The notes beneath the pieces were generated by a model. It made no database searches and was not told the DNA's origin. It saw only the letters and a program-made list of their open reading frames with translations. The translations under genes were made by a program, and so were the position numbers. 64,000 nt of DNA from Octopus bimaculoides (taxonomy: Eukaryota): the NCBI RefSeq assembly GCF_001194135.2, contig NC_068983.1, positions 28,288,298 through 28,352,297 of the forward strand, in the 5' to 3' direction. Below, piece after piece: positions 25,339-38,027 of the stretch. Position 1 is the stretch's first letter, and each line of letters begins with the position of its first letter.

Positions 25339-25721
25339 ATACAATAAGTTCATTATTTAATGAGGAACCTCTATGAGGCCGTTCAATCTGCTAGAAAAAG
25401 CAGTTAAATCTCCCACAAACTACACCCAACATCTTAAAGTAAGAAATAAATTGTGCATCAGAAATACAATGGAACCATATGCATTCACTGCCTGAAGACA
25501 TTAAATACATCATCCTAGACATACAAAAAGATGGGATGGTCATGGTTTGAATGCTTTTTAATAATAGTTCTAATAAATCAAGTCTGACTTTGGTCTAAAC
25601 ATCAAAAACAGCCACAAACATATCTCATTTTAACAAACAATCAACACAGGTGTAAACCTAAGAGAATACATAGGAATCAAATGTAATATTTCGCATAGAT
25701 AGTGCCATAAATGTTTTATAT

Positions 25722-25975
25722 GCAGCTGTCCACAAGGGTGCCAACACATGTGAGACCAGTAGGATCGCTGCTGCAAAAGACTGCAGACAAGCCAGGAAGA
25801 ACAGAGCTAATAACCCTGTAGCAGGCACTACCATTCCCTGTCCACACTGTCAAAGACTCTTTCAGGCGCAGATTGGCCTCACTAGCCATCTGCGAACCCA
25901 CAAAACAGGCCCCCACCCTCACCCCAGGATGACTAGATGGTCTTCGTCACATCGACAGACAAACTACATACGTAT
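25722..25975 (+). mobile_element. RTE-clade LINE 3' end with C-terminal C2H2 finger
   Basis: + strand reads AAVHKGANTCETSRIAAAKDCRQARK...CPHCQRLFQAQIGLTSHLRTH. Confidence 0.85.
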
Positions 25976-26182
25976 GCAGGTACAAGCTTGCTTCAAAACC
26001 ACATTTCCAGCATCAGTCCCACTGCATGGTACATTGGGAAAGTGTCTTCTATTATAGCTCTTTGCCAACCAAAGCCTTGTTGAGTGGATTTGGTGGACGA
26101 AAACTGAAAGAAGCTCGTCATATGAGTGTGTGTGTGTGTATGTGTGTGTGTGTGTATGTGTGTGTGTATGTGTGTGTGTGTA

Positions 26183-26221
<39 letters not shown>

Positions 26222-27418
26222 ACCCTAGTTTTGACATCATGTAATGGTTGTAAACAAGCCTCACTGCTTGTATGCTTATAGTACTTTTGGAGTTGCCTAT
26301 TAAAAACATGTCTGAAGTATACTTATCTTGAAAACATGTGAAGGTTGATGACAGGAAGAGCATCCAGCTATAGAAAATCATCCCTCAGTGAATTCAATTT
26401 GACCCATGCAGGCATACAAATGTGGATGGTAAGGCAATGATGATGATGATGATGATGACAATGATGGCACATTATAAATTACACATATATGACACCCTAG
26501 TTTCCTAAAATGCATCCCAGTAGCAGCCAGAATACAGAAGTTGCATTTTTCTATCAAAGCTTTCAATAGAAATATTGCAAATTTAAGTATAAAAGAAGTG
26601 ATACTTATAAAACCATCTGCAACCTCGAATTAATTACTGTTAAGAATCAACTTGAAGGTTGGAAGTTTATTATAGGATTTTAATAGTATAGCCAACCAGT
26701 TCTTGCAATGTTATGGCTTTCTGCACATGTCATAGCAAATTTAGCATTGCTTAGTTTACTTTGCATCTCAAACTTTTCTGCAGTTTGTAAAGCTGAAATA
26801 TTGAATACATATTGAATTATTAAGAGGCTTTCATTTCCTTCTTATTTATTAGTATTACAAGCTGCTTAAATCACCCTTAATTCTAGAAATAATTTATATA
26901 GCATACAAGTGAGAAGTAAAGTAATTGAACTAGTATATAGCTATCACTAACTACCATACATTCTTCCATGGTTATTGGTAATGCACACAGAAAAAACTAG
27001 CTTAGTCTTGATGTAACTTAACAGCATGTGAAGTAGTCTAGAAGAGCAACAGACAAAGCGCCTTGCTGTATTCATTCTGGAATTTTTGTTCTGAGTTCAA
27101 TATTTGACAAAATCAACTTTGCATTTCATCCTTCCAGGGTCAGTAAAATAAAGTGTGACAGGGTGACAGAAATGTTAGAGCAATATTTGTTCTGGCTCTT
27201 CCATTCTTCATATAAAATCTACCAAAAGTCAGCAATGCATTCTATCCTTCCAAGATTGCAAAAGTATCAGTCGAAGACATTAGATATGTGAAATAACTAG
27301 AGAATTGGACAAAATATCTTATGGCTTTCGCTTCAGTTATTTACATTTTGAGTTCACCAGTGACAGCACTAGTGTCAAGTTTTATTGGACCCTTACCTGC
27401 CCCCACCCCCACCGGACA

Positions 27419-27620
27419 GCATCATTTAACATCCCTGTTCCATGCTGGCATGGGTAGGATAGTTTGATAGGAGCCAATGTGTCCAAGGAATGCATCAAAC
27501 TTCAATGTCTGCCTTGGCATGGTTTTTAATGGTTGGATGCCCTTTCTAATGCCAGCCACTTTACTGCACTGACTGCATGCTTCTTTTATTGTGCCTCCTG
27601 CACTATTGAGGTCACTAGAC
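27419..27620 (-). mobile_element. Old RTE-tailed repeat (family C relative)
   Basis: CATCATTTAACATCC...GGTTGGATGCCCTT. Confidence 0.7.
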
Positions 27621-28454
27621 AGTTTCAGGACTATGAGCCCTCGGATAAGTAGGTGAATTCAGTTCCATGGTAGGGGATAAGGCGATTACTGAGAGAGAAA
27701 GCAGAGTAGATTCCTGCAGAGGAATCTACAGTATTACTCACATCTAGAATGGAAAAAAATTGGGTACAGAAAATGATTAGTACACATCATTGCTTAGCAC
27801 TTCTAATCCATATTTTATTACAGCCAAGCCCATGGTTAGTGCAATCAGTCATAGTACAGTGACTGAAATATTATGAGAGAGACCTGGTCTCTCATAGCTG
27901 TTTGCAGTGCTTCCCTTTCAAGTGTTTAATGCTGAAATAACTACTCCAAAATGCATGCATCAATCAATCTGGGTAGAGGGCACTTTGAACCGACTTGCTG
28001 TCAGTTTACATCTATTTGATAAAAAAGAAAGATCAAACTCATAAAATTCATTTTAGAGAGTGGAGATATAAAGTTGTTGAGTTACGATAATCAAATGAAG
28101 ACAAAATATGTTATCCTTTCAATGTTAATTTTTTGGGTCGTTATTTATTGTTTATTAAAACTATTTCGCATATCAGAGGTATTTATTTTTATTATTTCAT
28201 TCTATAATAGATGAGTTGAGACATAATAAGAATCAAAATAGAAAGAAGAATGTAATTCAGTTTCGAGAGGATAATTGAGACATGTAAAAAGTATCAGAGT
28301 ATAATAATTTAAATTTGACAAATTTATGTTATTTGATTAACGTTTTTGTCTAATTAGTTTTAATTATCATTTGTTAAATGTATTCATATTTACAATTTCA
28401 AGTGGGTTTTGTCCAAATTTTCTAGTAATTGTTTTCACCTGTTTATCTTTTATC

Positions 28455-28668
28455 CTTTATTTTTTACTTATTTCAGTCATTTGACTGTGGCCATGCTGGG
28501 GCACCACCTCGAAGTGTTTTAGTCAAACAAATCAATCCTGGGACTTACTATTTTTTGAAGCCTACTACTTATTCTATCAGTCTCTTTTCTTGAACTGCTA
28601 TGTTACAAGGACATGAACACATCACCACTTGTTGTCAAGTGGTGGTGGGGGACAAACAAAGACACAGA
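28455..28668 (-). mobile_element. SINE family A, 3' half, older subfamily
   Basis: TTTCAGTCATTTGACTGTGGCCATGCTGG and downstream motifs. Confidence 0.85.
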
Positions 28669-29117
28669 CTGTACGGGGAAAGTGAATGAGGGTGGGGAGT
28701 GGATGAGGGGTGGTGGTGAATAAAGGGAGATGGTGAATGAGGGGTGAGGTGGGTAAGGGTGAAGATGAATGGAGGTTGACAGAAAGCTATTGTATCTGTA
28801 TAGGCAATGACTGAATTTCCATAAGGAAATTTTACTTAAGACTCAAACCTTGCACAATAATTTCCCCAGCACAATTGCAAAGTGTCATGAGATATATTGG
28901 AGGCCAGAGATCAGAAATGTTTATACATATGTGGCCCGCAAGAAGTAACGAGAAACAGTTCAGCTATTGATGCATGACATTCTGGGATATATGAAGGCCA
29001 CAAATCATCACTTGAGAAATGTTTACATAATATGGCCTGCAAAAAATTAGTATAAACAAACTTTAAAGGTGTAGATATATGATCTCATGCAATATATATA
29101 TATATATATACATATGT

Positions 29118-29440
29118 ATGGCTCGGTGATTAGAGCAGTGGACTCACAATCATGAGGTGGTGAGTTCAGTTCCTGGCTGGGGTATGTTGTATTCTTGAGC
29201 AACACACATTATTTCATGTTGTTCTAGTTCACTCAGATGTAGAAATGAGTTGTGATGTCATTTGCGCCAAGCTATATCAGCCTTTGTCTTTCCTTTGGAT
29301 AACATGGGTGGTGTGGAGAGGTGAGGCTGATATGCATGGGCATCTGCTGGTCTTCCATAAACAACTTTGCCTGGACTTGTACCTCAGAAGGGAACTTCCT
29401 AAGTGCAATCCCATGGTCATTCACGACCAAAGAAGTCCTT
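29118..29440 (+). mobile_element. tRNA/CORE-like SINE, further family
   Basis: Head GGCTCGGTGATTAGAGCAG...GAGTTCAGTTCC followed by TGTTGTATTCTTGAGCAA. Confidence 0.65.
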
Positions 29441-30299
29441 GCTTTACACACACACACATATATATATAGGCCTTGGATATTCATTTAGGAAATGTTTATA
29501 GACACATGGACTGCTAGAATTAGTAGGAAACAGTCCAACTACAGTGACATAATCAATCTTGAGAAATGGACTTTTAGATAAATGATAGACATGATTGCCA
29601 CACCACATCAACTGGTAATGCAGTTAACAATCTCACTTATAGTATATTTTACTGTCTTGTGATTTGATATCCAGATACTTTATGAATTGGTTAATATATT
29701 CACCAAATAAAGTACAAAATGAAATGCTTCTCTGAAAATTATAGATTAATTCAGTTACTTAGCTACCTTAATGTTAGGTGAGAATCAGACCAATAGAACA
29801 GTCTTATAGTATAAAGTAGACGGAATATATTGAAAGAAATTAGTTTCAATTTCAGTATGAAAGTCAGTTGCATGATCAATGAGTCATGTGTGATGGTAGA
29901 TAATAATGAAATACAGTTCATGAAAGAATGATACAATATGAACCCATGAGAGTAGCTAAATGTAAATGAATTATGGAAACTTACTTGCATATGAAGATTT
30001 ACGAGCTAACATGTGGTGTGTTGAGAGCAAAGTAATATGCTGATACAAAAATGTGATATCCATGTTGCATGAATTTTTGAAGTGAGAGCTGACATATATA
30101 ATGTAATGAGCCGAGAAATTTTAATCAACTAAAATTATACTGATAATGATGAAAAATCTGAAAAAAAATGCATTGATCATAATGATTCATTTTAGCATAG
30201 AAAAGTAAGGAAACAACTCCTGAACATAAATAAAAAAATTAATTAGAAATAGAACATGCTAAGCAGTGAATGTGATATTTTAGCAGGACAATGACCACT

Positions 30300-30336
30300 C
30301 TGGACATGTTTCAGTGTTATTAGACCTCATCAACAC
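30300..30336 (-). ncRNA. Degenerate minimal hammerhead relic (ACAUGU family)
   Basis: Minus strand: TTGATGA GGTC TAATAA CACT GAAA CATG TC; same stem II/loop as 2701-2746, C3 changed to U without compensation. Confidence 0.5.
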
Positions 30337-31349
30337 CACTACCATCACCACTATAACTACAATCATTATCATTATCAACGTCATCATTGCCATCATTGTT
30401 TTAATATCTACTTTTCCACACTTACATGAATCAAACAGGATTTGCTGAGGTAGATTTCTATAGCCCAGTGACCTTTCTGTCACCAACTCTCACCTGTTTT
30501 TAAGCAAGCTGAAATTTTCCCCAAAGCTGGACTTGCTTTCAGAGGACATGGCAAACAAATGGCACCATTTGTATGACAATAATGTTTTGTTTACATATAC
30601 CATGTGATGTCAAAACAAGGAAACCCCCCCCCCCACACACACACACACATTTAGGGTAATGTTTTATAAACAAAGTATAAATACGGTAGGATTTCATGTA
30701 TATAATACCATGACTTGAAAAGCTTCAATTAACTGAATTATCCAAGTAATTAGAAGGAAAAATCAGGGCTGATGTGATGCAAAGCAATAACATATTCTAG
30801 TCAAAATGTTCCCAGTGTGGATCATGATGCTGCTACTGATGATGATAATGATTATCATCATCATCATCTCCAAAATCACCATCACCACTACCACCAACAT
30901 CAATAACAGTAACAAACTACTTTATTTTCGTAGTTGTTGTTAACCCAGAGTGCCTTGGATGCAATTTACATATGGAAAAAGCACAAAACATTATATTCAT
31001 TACTGATAGCAATAGGGAAGATGTCATTAGGATACTATTGTCTTAATGTTATTGTTTAACTAAAGCAAATGGGGACAATGGTGGCGTCAGTGATGACAAT
31101 GACAATGACGATGGTAGTGACTTCAATTAAATTTTTGCTTGAGCAATTCTTTCTCCATTGATTTTCAGAGATTTTATGAGTTAATGATCCTGTATTTGAA
31201 TGAGTTTGAAATTTTCACCCATGGGTAAGGACATTTCCATATCTGATCTAATGGAAATAAGCTGGTAGGTGTCCATCACTTTGCAGGAGTTAGCAAAGTT
31301 ATTGTTGCTGTTTAACCTCGGGTCTCCTTTCCTGATTAGGAATACATAT

Positions 31350-31728
31350 GTTGTTGGCACTCCGTCACTTACAACATCGAGGGTTCCACTTTGATCCGAT
31401 CAATGGAACAGCCTGCTCGTGAAATTAACGTGCAAGTGGCTGAGTACTCCACAGGCATGTGTACCCTTAACATAGTTCTCGGGGATATTCAGCGTGACAC
31501 AGTGTGACAAGGCTGACTCTTTGAATTACAGGCACAACAGAAACAGGAAGTAAGAGGAAGTTGTGGTGAAAGAGTACAGCAGGGTTCGCCACCATCCCCT
31601 GCCGGAGCCTCGTGGAGCTTTAGGTGTTTTCACTCAATAAACACTCACAATGCCCGGTCTGGGAATCGAAACTGCGATCCTATGACCGCGAGTCCGCTGT
31701 CCTAACCACTGGGCCATTGCGCCTCCAC
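31350..31728 (-). mobile_element. SINE family D, full length
   Basis: Perfect 12-bp TSD AGGAATACATAT at 31338-31349 and 31729-31740. Confidence 0.95.
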
Positions 31729-32474
31729 AGGAATACATATAATCAAATGCCTTTCCACCATGACCATCTTGTCTTTTTATTTATAATCTAAGACTGCATT
31801 AGCTAATGTCTCCTTTCCTTCATTTATGATCAAGATAAAGTGTGATTTGAGGCAAGTTGACTGCTATTTCTAGTAAGTCAGATGAAGATACAGATGCTCC
31901 TTTGTTGGTTCATAATTAGCTGATGTGTTGATAAACAGGGTCATATAAGTTTTGTAAAGACAAACCATCTGAAGTTTAAAATGCTATGTTATGACAATGG
32001 AGCAATAGAAACAGCTCCTATGCAAAAGAAATGTGAATTTTCTTAGCAGCATACTTAATAGAAAGTGTATTTTATCTTGATTGCATGAAAATTTGTTCAA
32101 AAACAACACTTGTAAAATTTTGTTTACAAATTTTACAGCTAAATAACATATATTAGAAATATGCCAGTCTTGGTGACGATGGGTTTCTGGTCTTTAGAAT
32201 GATGAGAAGTGAAAAGTAGTTCCAGGATAACCGTCACAAGGAAAATTACCCCATCATCAATTGCATTTCAATCAACCATTTCCATAGGACAACTGGTCCT
32301 GGATGAGTCATTGCCTAAAGACCATTTTGCCAATTAACACTTTCGTTATGATAATTTAGTTAATATACACTGCTTTTGTCTTAATTAATTTTGAAAATAT
32401 TGAATAATTAATTTAATAAAATAACTTTGTTTTTATTTGGTTGGTGATCAGAACATAAATTGATTTCACACTTT

Positions 32475-32885
32475 GACACAAGGCCAGTAATTTCAGGGCA
32501 GAGGGTAAGTCAATTACATCGACTCCAGCACTCAAATGGTATTTTATTGACCTCAAAATGATGAAAGGTATAGTCGACCTTGGCAGAATTTGAACTCAAA
32601 ATATGAAGATGCATGAAATGTTTAGCAACATTTTTTCCCAATGTGCTAATGATTCTTATTTCTTTATTGCCCACAAGGGGCTAAACATAGAGGGGACAAG
32701 CAAGGACAGATAAAGGGATTAAGTCGATTACATCGACCCCAGTGCATAACTGGTACTTATTTAATCAACCCCTAAAGGATGAAAGGCTAAGTCGACCTCG
32801 GTAGAATTTGAACTCAGAACGTAGCAGCAGACAAAATACCGCTAAGCATTTCGCCCGTGGTGCTAACGATTCTGCCAGTTCCCCA
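32475..32885 (-). mobile_element. Tandem family B: young copy (32657-32885) joined to the head of an older variant (32475-32656)
   Basis: TGCTAA(T/C)GATTCT repeated at 32644-32656 and 32861-32873. Confidence 0.9.
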
Positions 32886-33231
32886 CTACGATTATAACAT
32901 ATATTAACATGAAATTTTGATGGATGGTTTTAACTTAGTTCCCTTTAAAACAAAATGTTTGTATCATAAAACCACCAAGAGCAGTCTCAGGTAAGTTGAT
33001 ATCAAAACGACTTACTCTTTTACTTTTTTACATGTTTCAGTCATTTGACTGCAGCCATGTTGGAACACTGCCTTCATAGTCAAGCAAATTGACCTTAAAG
33101 CTTATTCTTTGTAAGCCTGGTACTTATTCTATAAGTCTCTTTTGCTGAACCGCCTGGTTACAGGGAAACAAACAAACCAGCATCGGTTGTCAAGCAAAGT
33201 TGGGGGGACAAGCACAGACACACAAACATAT

Positions 33232-33284
<53 letters not shown>

Positions 33285-33287
<3 letters not shown>

Positions 33288-33650
33288 GTGGAGAATGGAG
33301 CAACAAATACAAGAAAAAGCATTATTGTTGGACTAGATAGCTGTTGTTTTATAACGTGGAACTTGTGTAATGAGTCAATGTGGAGGTTGAGGTTATGTAA
33401 TGAGTCATTTTGTATATTATGCAATAGTCATTTACGTACGTTTCGATCAAGCCAGTGGTTTGGCAGATCTCATCAGAATGTTGAAGGGTATATTCAAAGT
33501 TTGTGGTGTGCGAAATGTAGGAGAAGTAATTATTGGGTGTAATATATGTAGTGGTGTAATAGTGGTGATAGGTAAATAGAGCCTTACGTTTTAGTTGGAG
33601 TTGTGTTGGTCTTCTTGTAAGGGGATGTAGGATGGGTGCTATTTAAAAAC
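33285..33650 (-). mobile_element. Penelope-like pLTR / retrozyme-like fragment
   Basis: Unique ~365-bp insert between (TA)n tracts containing a canonical hammerhead; no recognisable ORF. Confidence 0.65.
33429..33480 (-). ncRNA. Minimal type-I hammerhead ribozyme, fully canonical core
   Basis: CATT CTGATGA GATC-TGCCAAACCACTGGCTT-GATC GAAA C GTAC G TA/AATG; stem I CAUU:AAUG, stem II GAUC:GAUC plus GCC:GGC, palindrome ACGUACGU, GUA site between 33433 and 33432. Confidence 0.85.
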
Positions 33651-34609
33651 ATTATATATATACATATATACGATGGGCTTCCTTCAGTTTCCGTCTACCA
33701 AATCCACTCACAAGGCTTTGGTCGGCCCGAGGTCCCACTGCATGGCACTTGCCCAAAGTGCCATGCAGTGGGACTGAACCCGGGACCATGTGGTTGGTAA
33801 GCAAGCTACTTACCACACAGCCACTCCTCTGCCTGCAGAAAATTAAGATAAAGCACAATCATGGGGATGCAAATAAATACTAATAAAACTAATTAAGGTC
33901 TCAATTTCCATGGTTTATCGCTTATCCAAGGAGAATAATAATCCAATAATAAGATTTATATTCTTATATCATTATAATTATACCACTAACATTGCAAACT
34001 GTGATCTATGCACAAATACAGTAATTGATAATTACAATAATTAATTATTGTATAATTAATAATTATCAGAGGGCATTTATCTGAGAGCAGTTGTCCTGAT
34101 ATTATGAAAACCACATTCCTATAAACAGTTAATTTCAGAACTTATCAGTCATCATCTGGTTCACAATCATAAGGTCTCCAGTTCAGTTCCACTGTGCAGC
34201 ACCTTATGCAAGCATCTTTATTTATAACCCCAGACCAATCAAAGCCTTGTGGGTGGATTACATTGATGGAAACTCAAGGAAACCTGTCATGTTTACGTGT
34301 GTGTGTGTGTGCATGTACATATGCATACGTGTGTATGTGTGTGTGTATATATATATGTATATATACACATACATGCACACACACACACATATATATGTAT
34401 ACACATACTTATGCTAGATACACATGCACATATACAAACACACACACAGACACACACACACAGACACATATATATTTGTAAATAGTAACGGATTACTCCA
34501 AACATTTATCAGTTTGCTTTATACTTATAAAAAGAATTAAAGGTAATGCTATGCCACTTCATAATAATATTCATTATTATTGTTGAGATATATGTATATA
34601 TATATATAT

Positions 34610-35526
34610 NNNNNNNNNNNNNNNNNNNNNNNNNNNNNNNNNNNNNNNNNNNNNNNNNNNNNNNNNNNNNNNNNNNNNNNNNNNNNNNNNNNNNNNNNNN
34701 NNNNNNNNNNNNNNNNNNNNNNNNNNNNNNNNNNNNNNNNNNNNNNNNNNNNNNNNNNNNNNNNNNNNNNNNNNNNNNNNNNNNNNNNNNNNNNNNNNNN
34801 NNNNNNNNNNNNNNNNNNNNNNNNNNNNNNNNNNNNNNNNNNNNNNNNNNNNNNNNNNNNNNNNNNNNNNNNNNNNNNNNNNNNNNNNNNNNNNNNNNNN
34901 NNNNNNNNNNNNNNNNNNNNNNNNNNNNNNNNNNNNNNNNNNNNNNNNNNNNNNNNNNNNNNNNNNNNNNNNNNNNNNNNNNNNNNNNNNNNNNNNNNNN
35001 NNNNNNNNNNNNNNNNNNNNNNNNNNNNNNNNNNNNNNNNNNNNNNNNNNNNNNNNNNNNNNNNNNNNNNNNNNNNNNNNNNNNNNNNNNNNNNNNNNNN
35101 NNNNNNNNNNNNNNNNNNNNNNNNNNNNNNNNNNNNNNNNNNNNNNNNNNNNNNNNNNNNNNNNNNNNNNNNNNNNNNNNNNNNNNNNNNNNNNNNNNNN
35201 NNNNNNNNNNNNNNNNNNNNNNNNNNNNNNNNNNNNNNNNNNNNNNNNNNNNNNNNNNNNNNNNNNNNNNNNNNNNNNNNNNNNNNNNNNNNNNNNNNNN
35301 NNNNNNNNNNNNNNNNNNNNNNNNNNNNNNNNNNNNNNNNNNNNNNNNNNNNNNNNNNNNNNNNNNNNNNNNNNNNNNNNNNNNNNNNNNNNNNNNNNNN
35401 NNNNNNNNNNNNNNNNNNNNNNNNNNNNNNNNNNNNNNNNNNNNNNNNNNNNNNNNNNNNNNNNNNNNNNNNNNNNNNNNNNNNNNNNNNNNNNNNNNNN
35501 NNNNNNNNNNNNNNNNNNNNNNNNNN
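34610..35526. other. Assembly gap
   Basis: Run of N next to (TA)n. Confidence 1.
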
Positions 35527-36004
35527 GGTTAAAATTCAAATATGCATTTTTTTCTTTTATTATAACTTTTTTTTTCCTCCATAAACATACCACACATAGA
35601 TGTATCTACACACACTCATATCTACACATACTCATACACCCATGCACGCACACACTCATAGTCACATACACAACGCACAACACATACACACATGTGCACA
35701 CACACACACATACATCTACACACACGCACATACATGTCAAACTATATACGCTCATACGGTTATATATAATAACATATATGTATGTATTATGTATCTCAAC
35801 ATGTATGTATGGAAAGGAATTCCACTTGTAAAAGAGAAAGAAGGGTGACTATAGAGGTGTACTCCCGTGTGGAATCTGGATGTTACCCCACTCGGATTTT
35901 CGGTTGAGAGAGGGTTTGTACCCCTGTATACAGACAGCTTCAGTGACCTGTCTCAGCATTGCATCAGTGGGATGTTTGGACAAGATATTTAATTTAAGTC
36001 TCCC

Positions 36005-36106
36005 TAAGGGTTGGAGATAAAAAGGGCATCCAGGTATAGAAAATATGCCTCAACAAATTCCATCTGATTCATGCAGACATGGACAAGCGGACAGTAAATG
36101 ATGATA

Positions 36107-36144
<38 letters not shown>

Positions 36145-36145
36145 C
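36005..36145 (+). mobile_element. Old RTE-tailed repeat (family C relative)
   Basis: AAGGGCATCCAG...(GAT)n. Confidence 0.65.
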
Positions 36146-36669
36146 CTAGCAGAGAGCGGTGGGTGGCATGCCATGAAGGGTTGCAAGCACAATGTTTCTT
36201 CATGTTTTGCTCAAGTTCAGTTGGGATTCAATATGTCACTTTCTCGTTTATTTTTCAAAAAAACTGACAAAATGATTACAATATTTTTTTTTTTTTTATT
36301 TTCTATATCTGTTTTGTTTAGGTTTTGAAATAAGTTGGATACAGATGCAAATCTAGATATTACATATATTATGGGAACAATCTTTGATAGCATTTTAATT
36401 TCAGCAGCTCATTCATGATTTAGGGGTGGTGTTTATCTTCCAGCAAAGTAGACAGATAAACAAGTATTATAGTGTGCTTTCTTTGTAGAAAGTATGACAC
36501 TATTATAGCTTAGCTTTAATTATTTATATTGTAGGTTATCCTATTTAATGTGTCTAAAATTTAGCTGTTCTTTTATGTTTAACAGAAAAGTTTAACAATT
36601 AAAAAATCATTATGTTATTTAGTTTGAGAAAGGAAGATTCTTAATGATCAACATTTTTATTCACAATAA

Positions 36670-36721
<52 letters not shown>

Positions 36722-36913
36722 TCAAATTGTGGCTTCAGGGCAGAGGCTAAGTCAATTACAGTGACCCAAGAGCTTAACTGGTACCTATTTTATTGACCCC
36801 ATAAGGATGAAAACTAAAGTCAATCCTGATGGCATTTGAATTAAGAATATAAATTTAGAAGAGATGCCAATAAGCATTTTGTCTTGCATGGTAATGATTC
36901 TGCCAGATTACCA

Positions 36914-36917
<4 letters not shown>
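36722..36917 (-). mobile_element. SINE family B, old variant between (AAT)n tracts
   Basis: GGATGAAAACTAAAGTCAA...ATTTGAA...GATTCTGCCAG. Confidence 0.75.
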
Positions 36918-36956
<39 letters not shown>

Positions 36957-36957
<1 letters not shown>

Positions 36958-37610
36958 TAAAGCAAGACATGACAGAGTTGGCCAGTATTTACACTGGACA
37001 ATATGTCAGCATTATAAAATCAAAAGCGCTGACAAATGGTATAAACACCATCCTGAAGCTGTGACTGAGGGAGAAAATGTATCGATTCTCTGGGACTTCC
37101 CCGTACATACCGACAAGACTATAAAAGCTAATAAACCGGATATTATCATAAAAGATCAGACAAAGAAGACGTGTTTATTAATTGACATGAGTATTCTCTG
37201 TGATCCTAATATAGCGGCGAAAGAATTTGACAAGATCAGTAAATATAAAGACTTGCTAATAGAAATTGAAAAAATGTGGCACCTCAAGGCGACTACCATG
37301 CCAGTGATTGTAGGATCTCTAGGAATGATAAAAAAAAGGTACTGAAATCTATTTGAAAATGATACCAGGCTTACCATCTCTACAGGAGGTGCAAAAAATC
37401 ATGCTAACTGGAACGACTCATGTACTAAGAAGAGCATTATCGCTGTGAAAACAACATCCATTCATGATTTTTTTTTTTTTCTTAAATACATGTTTACCTA
37501 TAAATTTGCGTGTGTAAATTGGGAATATATACAACGTTTCTCTGCCCTAGGTGTACGGAAAACACTTGGCGAGAAATGGGAAAAAATTTGAAGAAAGAAG
37601 AAAAAAAGCC
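36957..37610 (+). mobile_element. R4/Dong-clade 3' fragment (family 2)
   Basis: ILWDFPVHTD..NKPDII..CLLIDMS..KISKYKDL (PD-D and KxxKY of RLE endonuclease); 3' UTR then (AAT)n. Confidence 0.9.
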
Positions 37611-37633
37611 ATAATAATAATAATAATAATAAT

Positions 37634-37805
37634 GAGAAGTACACGGAACAAATAGGGCTGCAATAAGGGTGGAGCACTTGCAGAAAATAGCACTGCTTGG
37701 AACTACTCGAATATTCCAGATGATGCTTGAAAAATAAGGGGTGTTACCTTAGTTCACTGGTACCATGGTACATGTCCAGCGATAAAAGCTGTGCAAAGAT
37801 GATAA
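37634..37805 (+). mobile_element. R4/Dong-clade extreme 3' fragment (family 3)
   Basis: With one frameshift reads EKYTEQIGAAIRVEHLQKIALLGTTRIFQMMLEK*; flanked by (AAT)n. Confidence 0.75.
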
Positions 37806-37820
37806 ATAATAATAGTAATA

Positions 37821-38027
37821 GTTTCAAATTTTGGCACAAGGCCAGCAATTTTGGGGGAAATGTTAAATTAATTACATCAAACCCAGTGTTCAACTGGTAC
37901 TTATTTCATTGGCCCTGTAAAGATGAAAGATAAAGTCAACCTTGGTGGAATTTGAACCCTGAACATAATAATGACAGAGGAAATGTTGCGAAGGAATTTT
38001 TCTGATGTGCTAACGATTTTGCCAGCA
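37821..38027 (-). mobile_element. SINE family B variant
   Basis: GGCACAAGGCC tail, TGCTAACGATTTTGCCAGC head (reverse complement). Confidence 0.8.

Larger units (their letters stand above)
33015..33835 (-). mobile_element. SINE family A split in its (TA)n core by a hammerhead-bearing insertion
   Basis: 3' half at 33015-33284, 5' half at 33652-33835. Confidence 0.9.

Noticed and set aside
29990-30165. Minus-strand segment with a strong acceptor and GTAAGT donor
   Set aside because: All three frames from the strong acceptor hit stops; at best a non-coding or first exon with no other support
35845-36000. Short GC-richer unique-looking patch
   Set aside because: No ORF, splice signals, structure or second copy visible; probably a fragment of an unrecognised repeat
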